Source of the DNA: Ignavibacteriales bacterium
GTDB taxonomy: Bacteria > Bacteroidota > Ignavibacteria > Ignavibacteriales > SURF-24
Length of the DNA stretch: 64,000 nucleotides
NCBI GenBank assembly: GCA_026390815.1
Contig: JAPLFH010000032.1
Span: forward strand, 56,904 to 120,903
Direction of reading: 5' to 3'
Position 1 is the stretch's first letter. Each line of letters starts with the position of its first letter. The notes below the pieces were generated by a model that saw nothing but the letters and a program-made list of their open reading frames with translations, ran no database searches and was not told the origin of the DNA. Positions 29,336 to 37,546 of this stretch are shown piece after piece. Made by a program: the position numbers and the translations under genes.

Positions 29336-32300
29336 CTACCCATTCTCTCCGCAAATTCTTGCCATCTGTAATATGTAAAAACGGAGCAAGTCTTGTTCTT
29401 TCTGCGTAAGTGCCTGCTTCTCGATAACCAAAATTCTTTCAACATCTTTCAACGCGCGGATAACATCAATTGGTACTTCTACCATATTGCCAGGCAGGCG
29501 GGAAAGATATTGAACAGAAGCAATTAAAAACTGCCTCATCGAATCATCAATTGATCCTTTAAGCAGGTCAGCTAAATTTGCACCAACATTTATCTGGTTT
29601 GCACCAACCGAAAAAATATTTTCAGTTCCTTCAACATCTTTGGAAACGGAATAGAGTGCACGGGATAATTCCACAAAACTTTCCACCTGCTGCAGGATAG
29701 GCTTCTCAAGCATCTCCCAGATTTGCGCACGCCAGAATTTTACTTTCTCAGGAATCTCTAGCAATTCTTTCACTTGATTTATCCAGCTTTTATCAATCTC
29801 ACCAGATATTTCTGATTTCAGCAAATTAAAGTTGGTATTAAATAAATCCGGTTGAAGAAGAACTGCAAGATCGGGACGCAAAGCTGGCAGTAAATCAGCA
29901 ACAAATTTTTCTCCTTCAAAAAATTCTGCTACGTTTATTCCATGCCGTCTAAGCAGTTCCTTCTGAAGCAATCCAAGGAATGAAAACATTGAATCAATAT
30001 CTTCTCGTAAGATTAATAAAGCCGAGTTTCCGGCTGGAAATGCTTTCTCAGTTAATGACAAATATTTTAATCCGGGATCATGATAAATCCTTAGCGAATG
30101 CAGAATTTCATAAACTGGTAAGCGTGGCAATATAACGTCACTTACCAGGGAAGAACTCTCACCTTCGGTGAATTTCATCCTTTCAAATTCGCGCAGGCTG
30201 CGGAATAAACCGGTGGTTAGCTGGTTGATTCCAAGTATCATCGTCTGCGCCTGGTTATGCCCAATCGCTCTCAACAAACTTCCGTGATGAGAAAGCGGTA
30301 TGGTTCCGGAAATTCTTTCAAGGACTCTTTGCCCGGCATTTTCTCCAAGATTTCTGCTCGGTCTTACTACCGGACGGTCCCGCAAATTTGGTGTAGTACG
30401 TGAAATGAAATATGAAATTGCATGAATACCAACCACATCTTCCTCAGTTCCATAAAGAATTGTGCGGAAATTTTTAGTAACAATTTCACAAAACTTTTCA
30501 TACAGTTCGCTTTTCTTTCCGATGGTTAAGCGTTCTAATTCCTGGTAACCCCTGGTGCCGAACTGCAAACGAGTATCCAGCAAAGGTTCTGCCGCTCGGT
30601 AAATTTCTTTTTCGTAAAAATGCTGCGCCTGCTTAATATGATAGAAAAGCTGTGCTCTTTCTTTAACTGAAATGAACCGGAGTTTTTCCGCAAGGTTGCT
30701 CTGGAAGGTTCTTAAATCGCCTCCGGAAAAAACTCCAAGCAAAGGACTTGTAGCATACTCAGTACTTTTTCTTGTTGAGTCGTTAAGATTTTTAATTAAG
30801 CGCTGCTGGTTTTCCTTGGATGATATGAATGCCGGTTCACCTGCAACCGAAGAATAATATCCACCCTGGCGCTGCATTGGTTCGCCGCTGCCAAGTTTTA
30901 TTCTTACATCAGCAACAATTCCTTTTTCTGCCAGCCATTTAATTGCAGTTTGTTTCGCTTCTTTAAACAAAGCCGTACCTGCGGGCTGCCCTACAGCCTG
31001 ACTTAAATCTGACCCAGCAATAAACAATTCGCAAATCATTTCTGTAAATCGTTTTTTTGTTTCCTGATTTAACCTTCTGCTTTGGATTGAATATTCCCAA
31101 ACACGGTTAAGATAATTTTCTATGTTACGGACAGTTTTAATATCTTCAAAAAGAGGAATGATCCAAACTGGCGGAAGATTGCTGTTCGGTTTTTCGCGAA
31201 GAGAATGTTCCCTGCGCGCAACAAGTTTTCGATCCAATGCAATCAGAGCTTCCGGTTCAGTAGACATACTAACTTGCAGAGCCAGGATCATCCCGGGATT
31301 GCCACATTCACCGGAGATTTCGTTTATCTCCATTATATTGTGAACAGTTGTATCGATGGAAAACTGATCGCGTGCCGTAATCATCTTTTGATGGATACGC
31401 GGAGTGAGCAAAAACCGGTTTAATAAATTTTTATACAAACCGGCAACCAACGCAAGTTCTTTATGCTGCAAATTATTTTTAATCTGAGGCAACAGCGAGT
31501 GGAGTGTTTTTCGTAAATGTTTATTTAACGAAAAATAATATTCAAGATTGTTTCTTCGCTGCAATCGCAAGTCGAGCATTTTCTTTTCAGTTCTATCATT
31601 GTGCTGCCATAAAGCATAAAGCGGATCTTTTGCAACATGTAGCTTCATTCCCAGGCGGCGCGCACGCCCGGTTTCTATGTTAAACGGCAGAACGCTTCGG
31701 TATCTTTTTTCAAGTTGGTTCGTTAGGATTGTAATTTCGTTTAATAGCTTCCAGAAATTAATATTCTTATTGGGAAGTTTTAATAATTCGCTGGAAAGAG
31801 TATCCTCAATTTTAATTGAATTATCATACTTCAACAAAGTATTCAACAAGATGGAAAGCTGGTTTACATTTTCAATAAGTGCCGAAGCCACCAGGCGGTG
31901 CCCTTGTCCAGAAGGTCTTGTGCTTCCATCCCAATCGCCCCAGAAAGATAAAACTGATTGGAAAGATTCATTCGAATTCATCTGCAGGTATTCTTCTGCA
32001 GCAATCATATATCGCAAATCGCAAACAAGCTCATCCGCTTCCTCTTTCGATTTTATTGTAACATTCAATCCAAGAAATTCTTTAATCAAAGCATCAGATG
32101 TTTGTTCGATCAGATCATTTGGTAATGAACTTCCTCTGATCAGGCTGCCGATTATCTTATCAATTAAAATATCAACCTGAAGGGAGTACATTTGAGTTGG
32201 ATGCACAGTGCGGTCATAAAGCCGGTGCTTAAAAAGCAATTCTCTTTTTTCAAGACTTTCTTTAAATAATTCTTTCTCTAAAAGTTCAGTAAGAGCTCTT

Positions 32301-34990
32301 CCCTGATCTGCTCCAGCAAAAGACAAAACTGCATTGGCAATTTCAAGATTGTCTTTGAAACGTTGTTCGAAGGTTCTGATTCTATCGGGAAGAAAATCAT
32401 TTATAAAATTTCTCGAAAATGTTTCGTGATTAATTCCTGCCGAAAATAATTTTAATCGATTCCCGATATTTTTTCTTGCGCTTTCATCAATTCGTTTTGA
32501 AAAAGAATGCCACTTTTCATTAACATCCGGAAATTGATTTCTCGCTTCAGATGATTTTGATGTTCGAATAAATTTTCTTGCGTTGTAGTTGGCAGCTTCC
32601 TCAGCAATCATTCTGTTCAAATCAATTAAAACTCGCCTCGTTTTTCTAAAGAGTTCTTCGGGTCCATCTTTTCCACCAAGGGTTAAACGAAAAGTTTTTC
32701 TTGCCAGCTCAAATCCTTTTGCTGTACGCGCAAAAGTAGAAAGCGGTACCAAACCAATCCCCTGCGTTGCCAAACCTGATGCAAGCCAATCCAGCGATAA
32801 ACCGGATGGAAGATTCTGGATTATCATTTGCGGATACATACTTCCTTTTGGACCTTTGATTTCAATGCCGAAAGGATTCCTTTCTGCAGGAAGATTTTCC
32901 TGCGCGTCATTCAGCGCCTTCATCCGCTCAAAGAAAATTTGATTACGTAAAAGCCAAAAAGAACTAACGTATTCCGATCTGTTCCTGTAAAACAAATAAG
33001 CAATTAACGTTGCCATTATATTCGGTTTTATCTTTTCAATCTGCGCAGCAAATTTTTCTTTTACTTCAGGATGTGGAATGTGGGCAACTGCCAGTCTTGC
33101 ACCTGCAAAGCAATCTGTTTTAGAAAGCGAATGCATGGTAAAAACGAATTTCCTTTTTTCAGCATTAACATATCCGTTCTTTACAAGATCGAGTGTAATC
33201 TGCTGAATTGTTTTAACGCCGGATAGTTTTTTTGCCGGAGCCACATTCTGATATGAAAGATCATCAATAATAAAGATGTCTCTTTCAAGCAGCCATTTAA
33301 TCAGGTGCGCAAGTTTCTCTTCGGCAAAAACCTGTCCGCTTGCATTATGCGGATTGTTGAAAACCACCGCTCCGTTTTTATTCCAGTTTGGATTTTCATC
33401 CAGCTTTTTAGTTACTATGCTGATAATTCCGTCAACATCAAGATCAAGCTCATCGGTTAACGGCACTACAGAGACTGACGGAAAGCAGTGTTCGTACGTC
33501 CAGCTATAGTCGCATGTAACCGCTTCTTTAATTCCGCAATGAAACCCAAGCAGACTTAATCCAGTTCGTGCTGAACCGCTTATAACGAAAGAATCTTTTA
33601 ATTTATATTCAGGATGATGATTAATAAACGAGACCAAAAAATTATTTATCAGTTCATCAAACCACTTTTTAGAATTTATATTGCTGAATAAAGAATCCAA
33701 AACTTCTTTAGATGATAAGTTAGAAAATGAATCTTCGTTGAAGAATGGGAAAGACATTCCGTTAAAATATTTATTTGTTAAGGATTCTCCCTTTTCCAGA
33801 ATAGAATTTATTCTGCCATCAATTACTTTTGTTTTGGATTCGATCAGATCAGAAATTTTATTCGATATTATTTTTGTATGAGTATAGAAGTTGCTCCCGA
33901 GCTGTGTTGTAGGTAAAACATTTTCCTGTGATGGTTCGGAACTAATTTTTAATGCCGCGCTGCCATTCTTTTTATGAAAATTATTTTTTAAAAGAAATGT
34001 AAGAAGCTCAGCTTCGGCAGAAGCAGGCGTTCCTTTCAACTGAAAATGAATTGCGTCGAGAGTTTTTAAATATTCGGAATTCCCCGCAACAAAAACTAAA
34101 GATAGTTCAGAAAAAAGAGGTGATAGAACCGCCGGCGAAATGTAACGCACAACTCTATTCATCATCTTTGCTTCGCGTGCAAGGGAAAGATGATTAGGTG
34201 CTTCGTTGGCTTCAATAAAAAATAGTGGGTTCTCTAAGCTTAGAAGACGGAGATTTCTCCGTGTCTCTTCCCGTAAATTTTTTCCTATTAAAAAGTAGGT
34301 TGGGGCTGCATTGTTCTGAATGAATTGTGCTTTTATTTCTTCTGTTAAAAGTTCTTCGTTACTAGAAAGTGTATTGAATTCCAAATGCGAAAAATTTTTC
34401 AAATAAACTGGCAATTCAATTCCGAAAGTTAAAATTCTTGCCGGAAGCTTAATCAAATTTTTATTTAATGCATGAAACAGTATTCTAAAACATTCCCAGA
34501 TACCACCGCTGTTGATGCTGCACTCACGCTTGCCGGATTCCCTTCCTAAATCATATTCAAGCGGCTCCTGTTGTTCTTTTGTAAGCCAGTTATGAAAATA
34601 TAAAATTAGTTCGCTTGGATTTTTTACATTATATCCACCACCCGGCATATAAGGAACACTTTTCTGGATTGTTGTCTGAACAAACTCCAATAGTTTCTTT
34701 TTGTCTTCATTCCAGCCAAGTTCATCCAAGATCGAATCGAGCGTATTTTCCGTAATATCAGACTGACTATTTCCTAATCCAAGTACAGTGCGAAAAAAAA
34801 GTTGGGTGAGCTGCGCATCTTCAATCGGATTACCGATATGAAAATTAACACGTTCCTTAACTGGTACCGGAGAAATAGCCGTAGCTTCGCTTATTTCAGA
34901 AATCTTGGCGGCTTTAAGCGGCTTAAGTCTGAAGTAACTTAAATAATCCTGTTCTATATTTTTTGTTTTATTATTCGTAATCATTCCCAA
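29336..34990 (-). CDS. Giant three-part protein (1884 aa). The N-terminal ~440 aa has no recognisable domain. A complete class I/II PLP-dependent aminotransferase domain follows (aa ~440-780, nt ~32650-33673). The C-terminal ~1085 aa is a divergent phosphoenolpyruvate carboxylase (PEPC)-like domain (nt ~29339-32590).
   Basis: Aminotransferase motifs: ISGSARTGLSLL, VVFNNPHNASGQVF (NPxNxSG), IFIIDDLSYQ (Asp/Tyr), MHSLSKTDCFAGARLAVAH (PLP Lys, SxSK...GxR), and the C-terminal small domain ...LVPLSTFAR...FRLTLGG. PEPC motifs appear in canonical order: RTVHPTQ (TAHPT catalytic His), SFWGDWDGSTRP (SWMGGDRDGNP), LQVSMSTEPEALIAL (VISMAKTPSDVLAV), IIPLFEDIKTV (PLFETxxDL), FIAGSDLSQAVG (MIGYSDSAKDAG), KLGSGEPMQRQGG (FHGRGGSIGRGG, with the first Arg missing), LRAIGHNQAQT (LRAIPWIFAWTQ), and the C-terminus ...ICGENG (QNTG). 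Confidence 0.65.
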   Translation of the reverse strand: MGMITNNKTKNIEQDYLSYFRLKPLKAAKISEISEATAISPVPVKERVNFHIGNPIEDAQLTQLFFRTVLGLGNSQSDITENTLDSILDELGWNEDKKKLLEFVQTTIQKSVPYMPGGGYNVKNPSELILYFHNWLTKEQQEPLEYDLGRESGKRECSINSGGIWECFRILFHALNKNLIKLPARILTFGIELPVYLKNFSHLEFNTLSSNEELLTEEIKAQFIQNNAAPTYFLIGKNLREETRRNLRLLSLENPLFFIEANEAPNHLSLAREAKMMNRVVRYISPAVLSPLFSELSLVFVAGNSEYLKTLDAIHFQLKGTPASAEAELLTFLLKNNFHKKNGSAALKISSEPSQENVLPTTQLGSNFYTHTKIISNKISDLIESKTKVIDGRINSILEKGESLTNKYFNGMSFPFFNEDSFSNLSSKEVLDSLFSNINSKKWFDELINNFLVSFINHHPEYKLKDSFVISGSARTGLSLLGFHCGIKEAVTCDYSWTYEHCFPSVSVVPLTDELDLDVDGIISIVTKKLDENPNWNKNGAVVFNNPHNASGQVFAEEKLAHLIKWLLERDIFIIDDLSYQNVAPAKKLSGVKTIQQITLDLVKNGYVNAEKRKFVFTMHSLSKTDCFAGARLAVAHIPHPEVKEKFAAQIEKIKPNIMATLIAYLFYRNRSEYVSSFWLLRNQIFFERMKALNDAQENLPAERNPFGIEIKGPKGSMYPQMIIQNLPSGLSLDWLASGLATQGIGLVPLSTFARTAKGFELARKTFRLTLGGKDGPEELFRKTRRVLIDLNRMIAEEAANYNARKFIRTSKSSEARNQFPDVNEKWHSFSKRIDESARKNIGNRLKLFSAGINHETFSRNFINDFLPDRIRTFEQRFKDNLEIANAVLSFAGADQGRALTELLEKELFKESLEKRELLFKHRLYDRTVHPTQMYSLQVDILIDKIIGSLIRGSSLPNDLIEQTSDALIKEFLGLNVTIKSKEEADELVCDLRYMIAAEEYLQMNSNESFQSVLSFWGDWDGSTRPSGQGHRLVASALIENVNQLSILLNTLLKYDNSIKIEDTLSSELLKLPNKNINFWKLLNEITILTNQLEKRYRSVLPFNIETGRARRLGMKLHVAKDPLYALWQHNDRTEKKMLDLRLQRRNNLEYYFSLNKHLRKTLHSLLPQIKNNLQHKELALVAGLYKNLLNRFLLTPRIHQKMITARDQFSIDTTVHNIMEINEISGECGNPGMILALQVSMSTEPEALIALDRKLVARREHSLREKPNSNLPPVWIIPLFEDIKTVRNIENYLNRVWEYSIQSRRLNQETKKRFTEMICELFIAGSDLSQAVGQPAGTALFKEAKQTAIKWLAEKGIVADVRIKLGSGEPMQRQGGYYSSVAGEPAFISSKENQQRLIKNLNDSTRKSTEYATSPLLGVFSGGDLRTFQSNLAEKLRFISVKERAQLFYHIKQAQHFYEKEIYRAAEPLLDTRLQFGTRGYQELERLTIGKKSELYEKFCEIVTKNFRTILYGTEEDVVGIHAISYFISRTTPNLRDRPVVRPSRNLGENAGQRVLERISGTIPLSHHGSLLRAIGHNQAQTMILGINQLTTGLFRSLREFERMKFTEGESSSLVSDVILPRLPVYEILHSLRIYHDPGLKYLSLTEKAFPAGNSALLILREDIDSMFSFLGLLQKELLRRHGINVAEFFEGEKFVADLLPALRPDLAVLLQPDLFNTNFNLLKSEISGEIDKSWINQVKELLEIPEKVKFWRAQIWEMLEKPILQQVESFVELSRALYSVSKDVEGTENIFSVGANQINVGANLADLLKGSIDDSMRQFLIASVQYLSRLPGNMVEVPIDVIRALKDVERILVIEKQALTQKEQDLLRFYILQMARICGENG

Positions 34991-35104
34991 AACAAATTGA
35001 AAGCAACAAACTAATTCACGCGGTTTTTTAAATAGAAATACTCTTAATCTTAATCTTACTCTTCTTTTAAACTTTATGAAAGAAGAGTAAGAGCATGAAT
35101 CAAA

Positions 35105-36094
35105 TTACTTCTGCTCCTCAATCTTCAATTCAGCTTTCTTAGAAGTTGATTGAACCAGGCGCTGTAAAAATGATTGTAAGATGCCAACAAACTGTGTGCT
35201 TTGATCAACCTGATCCGGCGAAAGTGAAACAACTGTACGCGCATTCTTCAAGCTCTGGCTTGCCTCTGCAAGGCGTGCCATCTGCGGAGAAAGCATTAAA
35301 AGTTCAGGACTGTTCTTCAGCAAATCCATTTCCTTTTTATCAAGCTCCAACTGCTTTTCTCTACGTTTCAATTCCTCATCCAGTCGCTGCTGTGCAAGGA
35401 TTGCTTCCTTTTCTTCGCGTGCTTGTTTTAAATCGTACTTTTTTATTTCAAGGTTATGCTCTAAAATGGTAATCTGCTCATCGGATTTGTATTTAAGCTG
35501 GGCTGCTGCCATGCGCGCATTCTGATTTGCAGTTTCAGTAGTTTCCAAAATTCTTGCCGCTTCCTGCTGGCGCATAGCTTCGGCAATATCTTTATCAACC
35601 GGATCGATTGAATGAATTGAAAGAGAAATAACTTTTAATCCAAGCGCTTCTGATGTACTAGTTACTTTACCCAGAAGAAAATTATAAATCTTCTCAGAAG
35701 ATAATTCCTCAATTTCATATTTCTCAGTAAACTCCCTAACATAACCCTGAACAGTTCCTTCCAATTCCTTGCAGGCTTTTAAGATTGCATCTTTATTCCA
35801 TCCGCCAACACGGATTAGAGCAAATAAATTATCCAATGCCGCTGCGGCAGTTACAGATAATTTAACCAGCAGCTTCAACTTACCTTTTGCCTCAGCTTCT
35901 ACAGTTAAGGTAAAGGATTGAATGGTTGCCGGAATTGCCAGGCTAAAATGGCGCGAATAAAACCGCGATTTTCTTTGAAGTATTTTGCCTTCAACCTCGT
36001 GTAAAACAATCTGGTCCGGTCTCTTGATTCTGTATTCAAATAATACTGCGGCAATTAAGATTACAATTACAATTATTGCTATGGTTACAAACAT
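35105..36094 (-). CDS. SPFH/band-7 (flotillin-like) membrane protein with C-terminal coiled coil.
   Basis: N-terminal TM segment MFVTIAIIVIVILIAAVLF. SPFH-like core ...GLKVISLSIHSIDPVDKDIAEAMRQQEAAR... Glu/Lys-rich coiled-coil tail. Confidence 0.6.
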   Translation of the reverse strand: MFVTIAIIVIVILIAAVLFEYRIKRPDQIVLHEVEGKILQRKSRFYSRHFSLAIPATIQSFTLTVEAEAKGKLKLLVKLSVTAAAALDNLFALIRVGGWNKDAILKACKELEGTVQGYVREFTEKYEIEELSSEKIYNFLLGKVTSTSEALGLKVISLSIHSIDPVDKDIAEAMRQQEAARILETTETANQNARMAAAQLKYKSDEQITILEHNLEIKKYDLKQAREEKEAILAQQRLDEELKRREKQLELDKKEMDLLKNSPELLMLSPQMARLAEASQSLKNARTVVSLSPDQVDQSTQFVGILQSFLQRLVQSTSKKAELKIEEQK

Positions 36095-36372
36095 TTTTTT
36101 ATTACTCCTATACTCAAATTGACTTTATAATTATACTAAAAAAGGAGATGGATTTCGAATTTACAGACTAAGAAGCTAAGGGCAAATATACTATTCCCGA
36201 AATAAAATACAAGTTAAAGGTGAGAAAATGCAAAAAAAATTATATGATTGTAGTAACAAAAAAATTTGTTCTGAGTTAAGTTATTTGCTCCTGTCAAGGT
36301 GTGGACTTTGACAGCCGAGAAAAACAAGTAATTAAGTATATGAATAAATATTTTTTCATTTAATAACCCCTT

Positions 36373-37302
36373 CTATTTAATTTTGCCTTGTTCAAACTTT
36401 TTATTCAGTCTTTCTACATTCTTTTTGATTATTGGAGTTAGTTGTTCTTGTATCTCTTTCGAATTAAATAACTCTTTATTGTATTTATTATAAAAACTTA
36501 GTGCATTTAATGTTATATATGAATCTGGAAATTTTTTTAATAATTTTAAAAATATTTTTTCAAGTGTACTTTTGTCTTTTTCAAACCGATATATTTTATT
36601 GAGTAGCTGATAAAAGGACGGTAAATAATTACTAGTATAATATTTTTCAAAAAGATTTAAAATCTCCTTTTTTAATAATTCTTTTTTAGTTTTTTCATAT
36701 GGTTTTTTATCGTTGTATTTGTATTCTAGAATTTTCATTTCTTTTAAGGCTAAAATGTCTGTTTCTTCAGTAGGATGTTTTACTTTGAACTGTACCCATT
36801 CAGAAAAAAAATCTTTTTTCATTTTATTTTCTATAAATTCCCCTGGGCTATCATAATCAACATAATTGTATTTAACGCGCATTTGATATTTACCTGGTAA
36901 AAATGATTTTTTGAAATATGTATATCCTGTTCCAATTCTTGGATCGTTACCATACCAATCAGATAGCCACATTGTAAGATATTTTGTTTCTCCAGGTAGT
37001 AATTTACTTCCCTTTGATAAAAAATCTTTCATTACAACATTGTAATTTTCAACTTTTTTTAATCTTTTATTAAGTTCATCTAATACTTGAATATCTACTC
37101 TTGTTGCCTCCTGTGAAAATACTGGTTCTTCAATATAGATTGCCGAAACACCTATGTTTTTTATTTCCAATAAAACTACTATTACTTCCCCTTCCAGATA
37201 TTCCTCTTTATCAAGTATGGTTCTTAATTCCATTTCTTGGCTATATGTTTTCACATAAAGGAAGAAGAGAATAAAAAAACAAATAATTATATTTTTCATC
37301 AT
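36373..37302 (-). CDS. Secreted hypothetical protein (309 aa, Lys-rich).
   Basis: Signal peptide MMKNIIICFFILFFLYVKTYSQ. No recognisable motif. Confidence 0.5.
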   Translation of the reverse strand: MMKNIIICFFILFFLYVKTYSQEMELRTILDKEEYLEGEVIVVLLEIKNIGVSAIYIEEPVFSQEATRVDIQVLDELNKRLKKVENYNVVMKDFLSKGSKLLPGETKYLTMWLSDWYGNDPRIGTGYTYFKKSFLPGKYQMRVKYNYVDYDSPGEFIENKMKKDFFSEWVQFKVKHPTEETDILALKEMKILEYKYNDKKPYEKTKKELLKKEILNLFEKYYTSNYLPSFYQLLNKIYRFEKDKSTLEKIFLKLLKKFPDSYITLNALSFYNKYNKELFNSKEIQEQLTPIIKKNVERLNKKFEQGKIK

Positions 37303-37318
37303 TTTCTCCTAAAATTTC

Positions 37319-37473
37319 CTTGGCTGTCAAGAACCATGAGTCTGTCCGAGAACTAGTATTGCAAGAATAAAAATCCAATAAGAGGGGGTTATAAATTATT
37401 TAAATGCAATATTGTGAAAATTAATTTAACAAATCTAAGTTCTCGGACAGACTCCCATTCCTTGACAGAATTG
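37319..37473. repeat. MITE-like or long-hairpin element: ~35-bp imperfect inverted repeats (perfect 17-bp core gagtctgtccgagaact / agttctcggacagactc) flanking an ~83-bp AT-rich centre. It is followed by the atcccgctagcgggat palindrome (37477-37492).
   Basis: Left arm 37319-37354, right arm 37438-37473, read directly. It sits in the intergenic region between two minus-strand genes. Confidence 0.55.
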
Positions 37474-37546
37474 TTCATCCCGCTAGCGGGATTATGTTCA
37501 CAAAACTATTGGATTGAATTTCGCATCCACAATTATAAAAACTCGT

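Noticed and set aside
29260-29445. 61-aa ORF overlapping the 3' end of the fusion gene.
   Set aside because: It overlaps a well-supported long ORF and the palindromic repeat. It has no RBS.
30672-33881. Several 60-170-aa plus-strand ORFs inside the 1884-aa minus-strand gene.
   Set aside because: The minus-strand frame carries continuous, ordered aminotransferase and PEPC motifs. The plus-strand ORFs are antisense artefacts.
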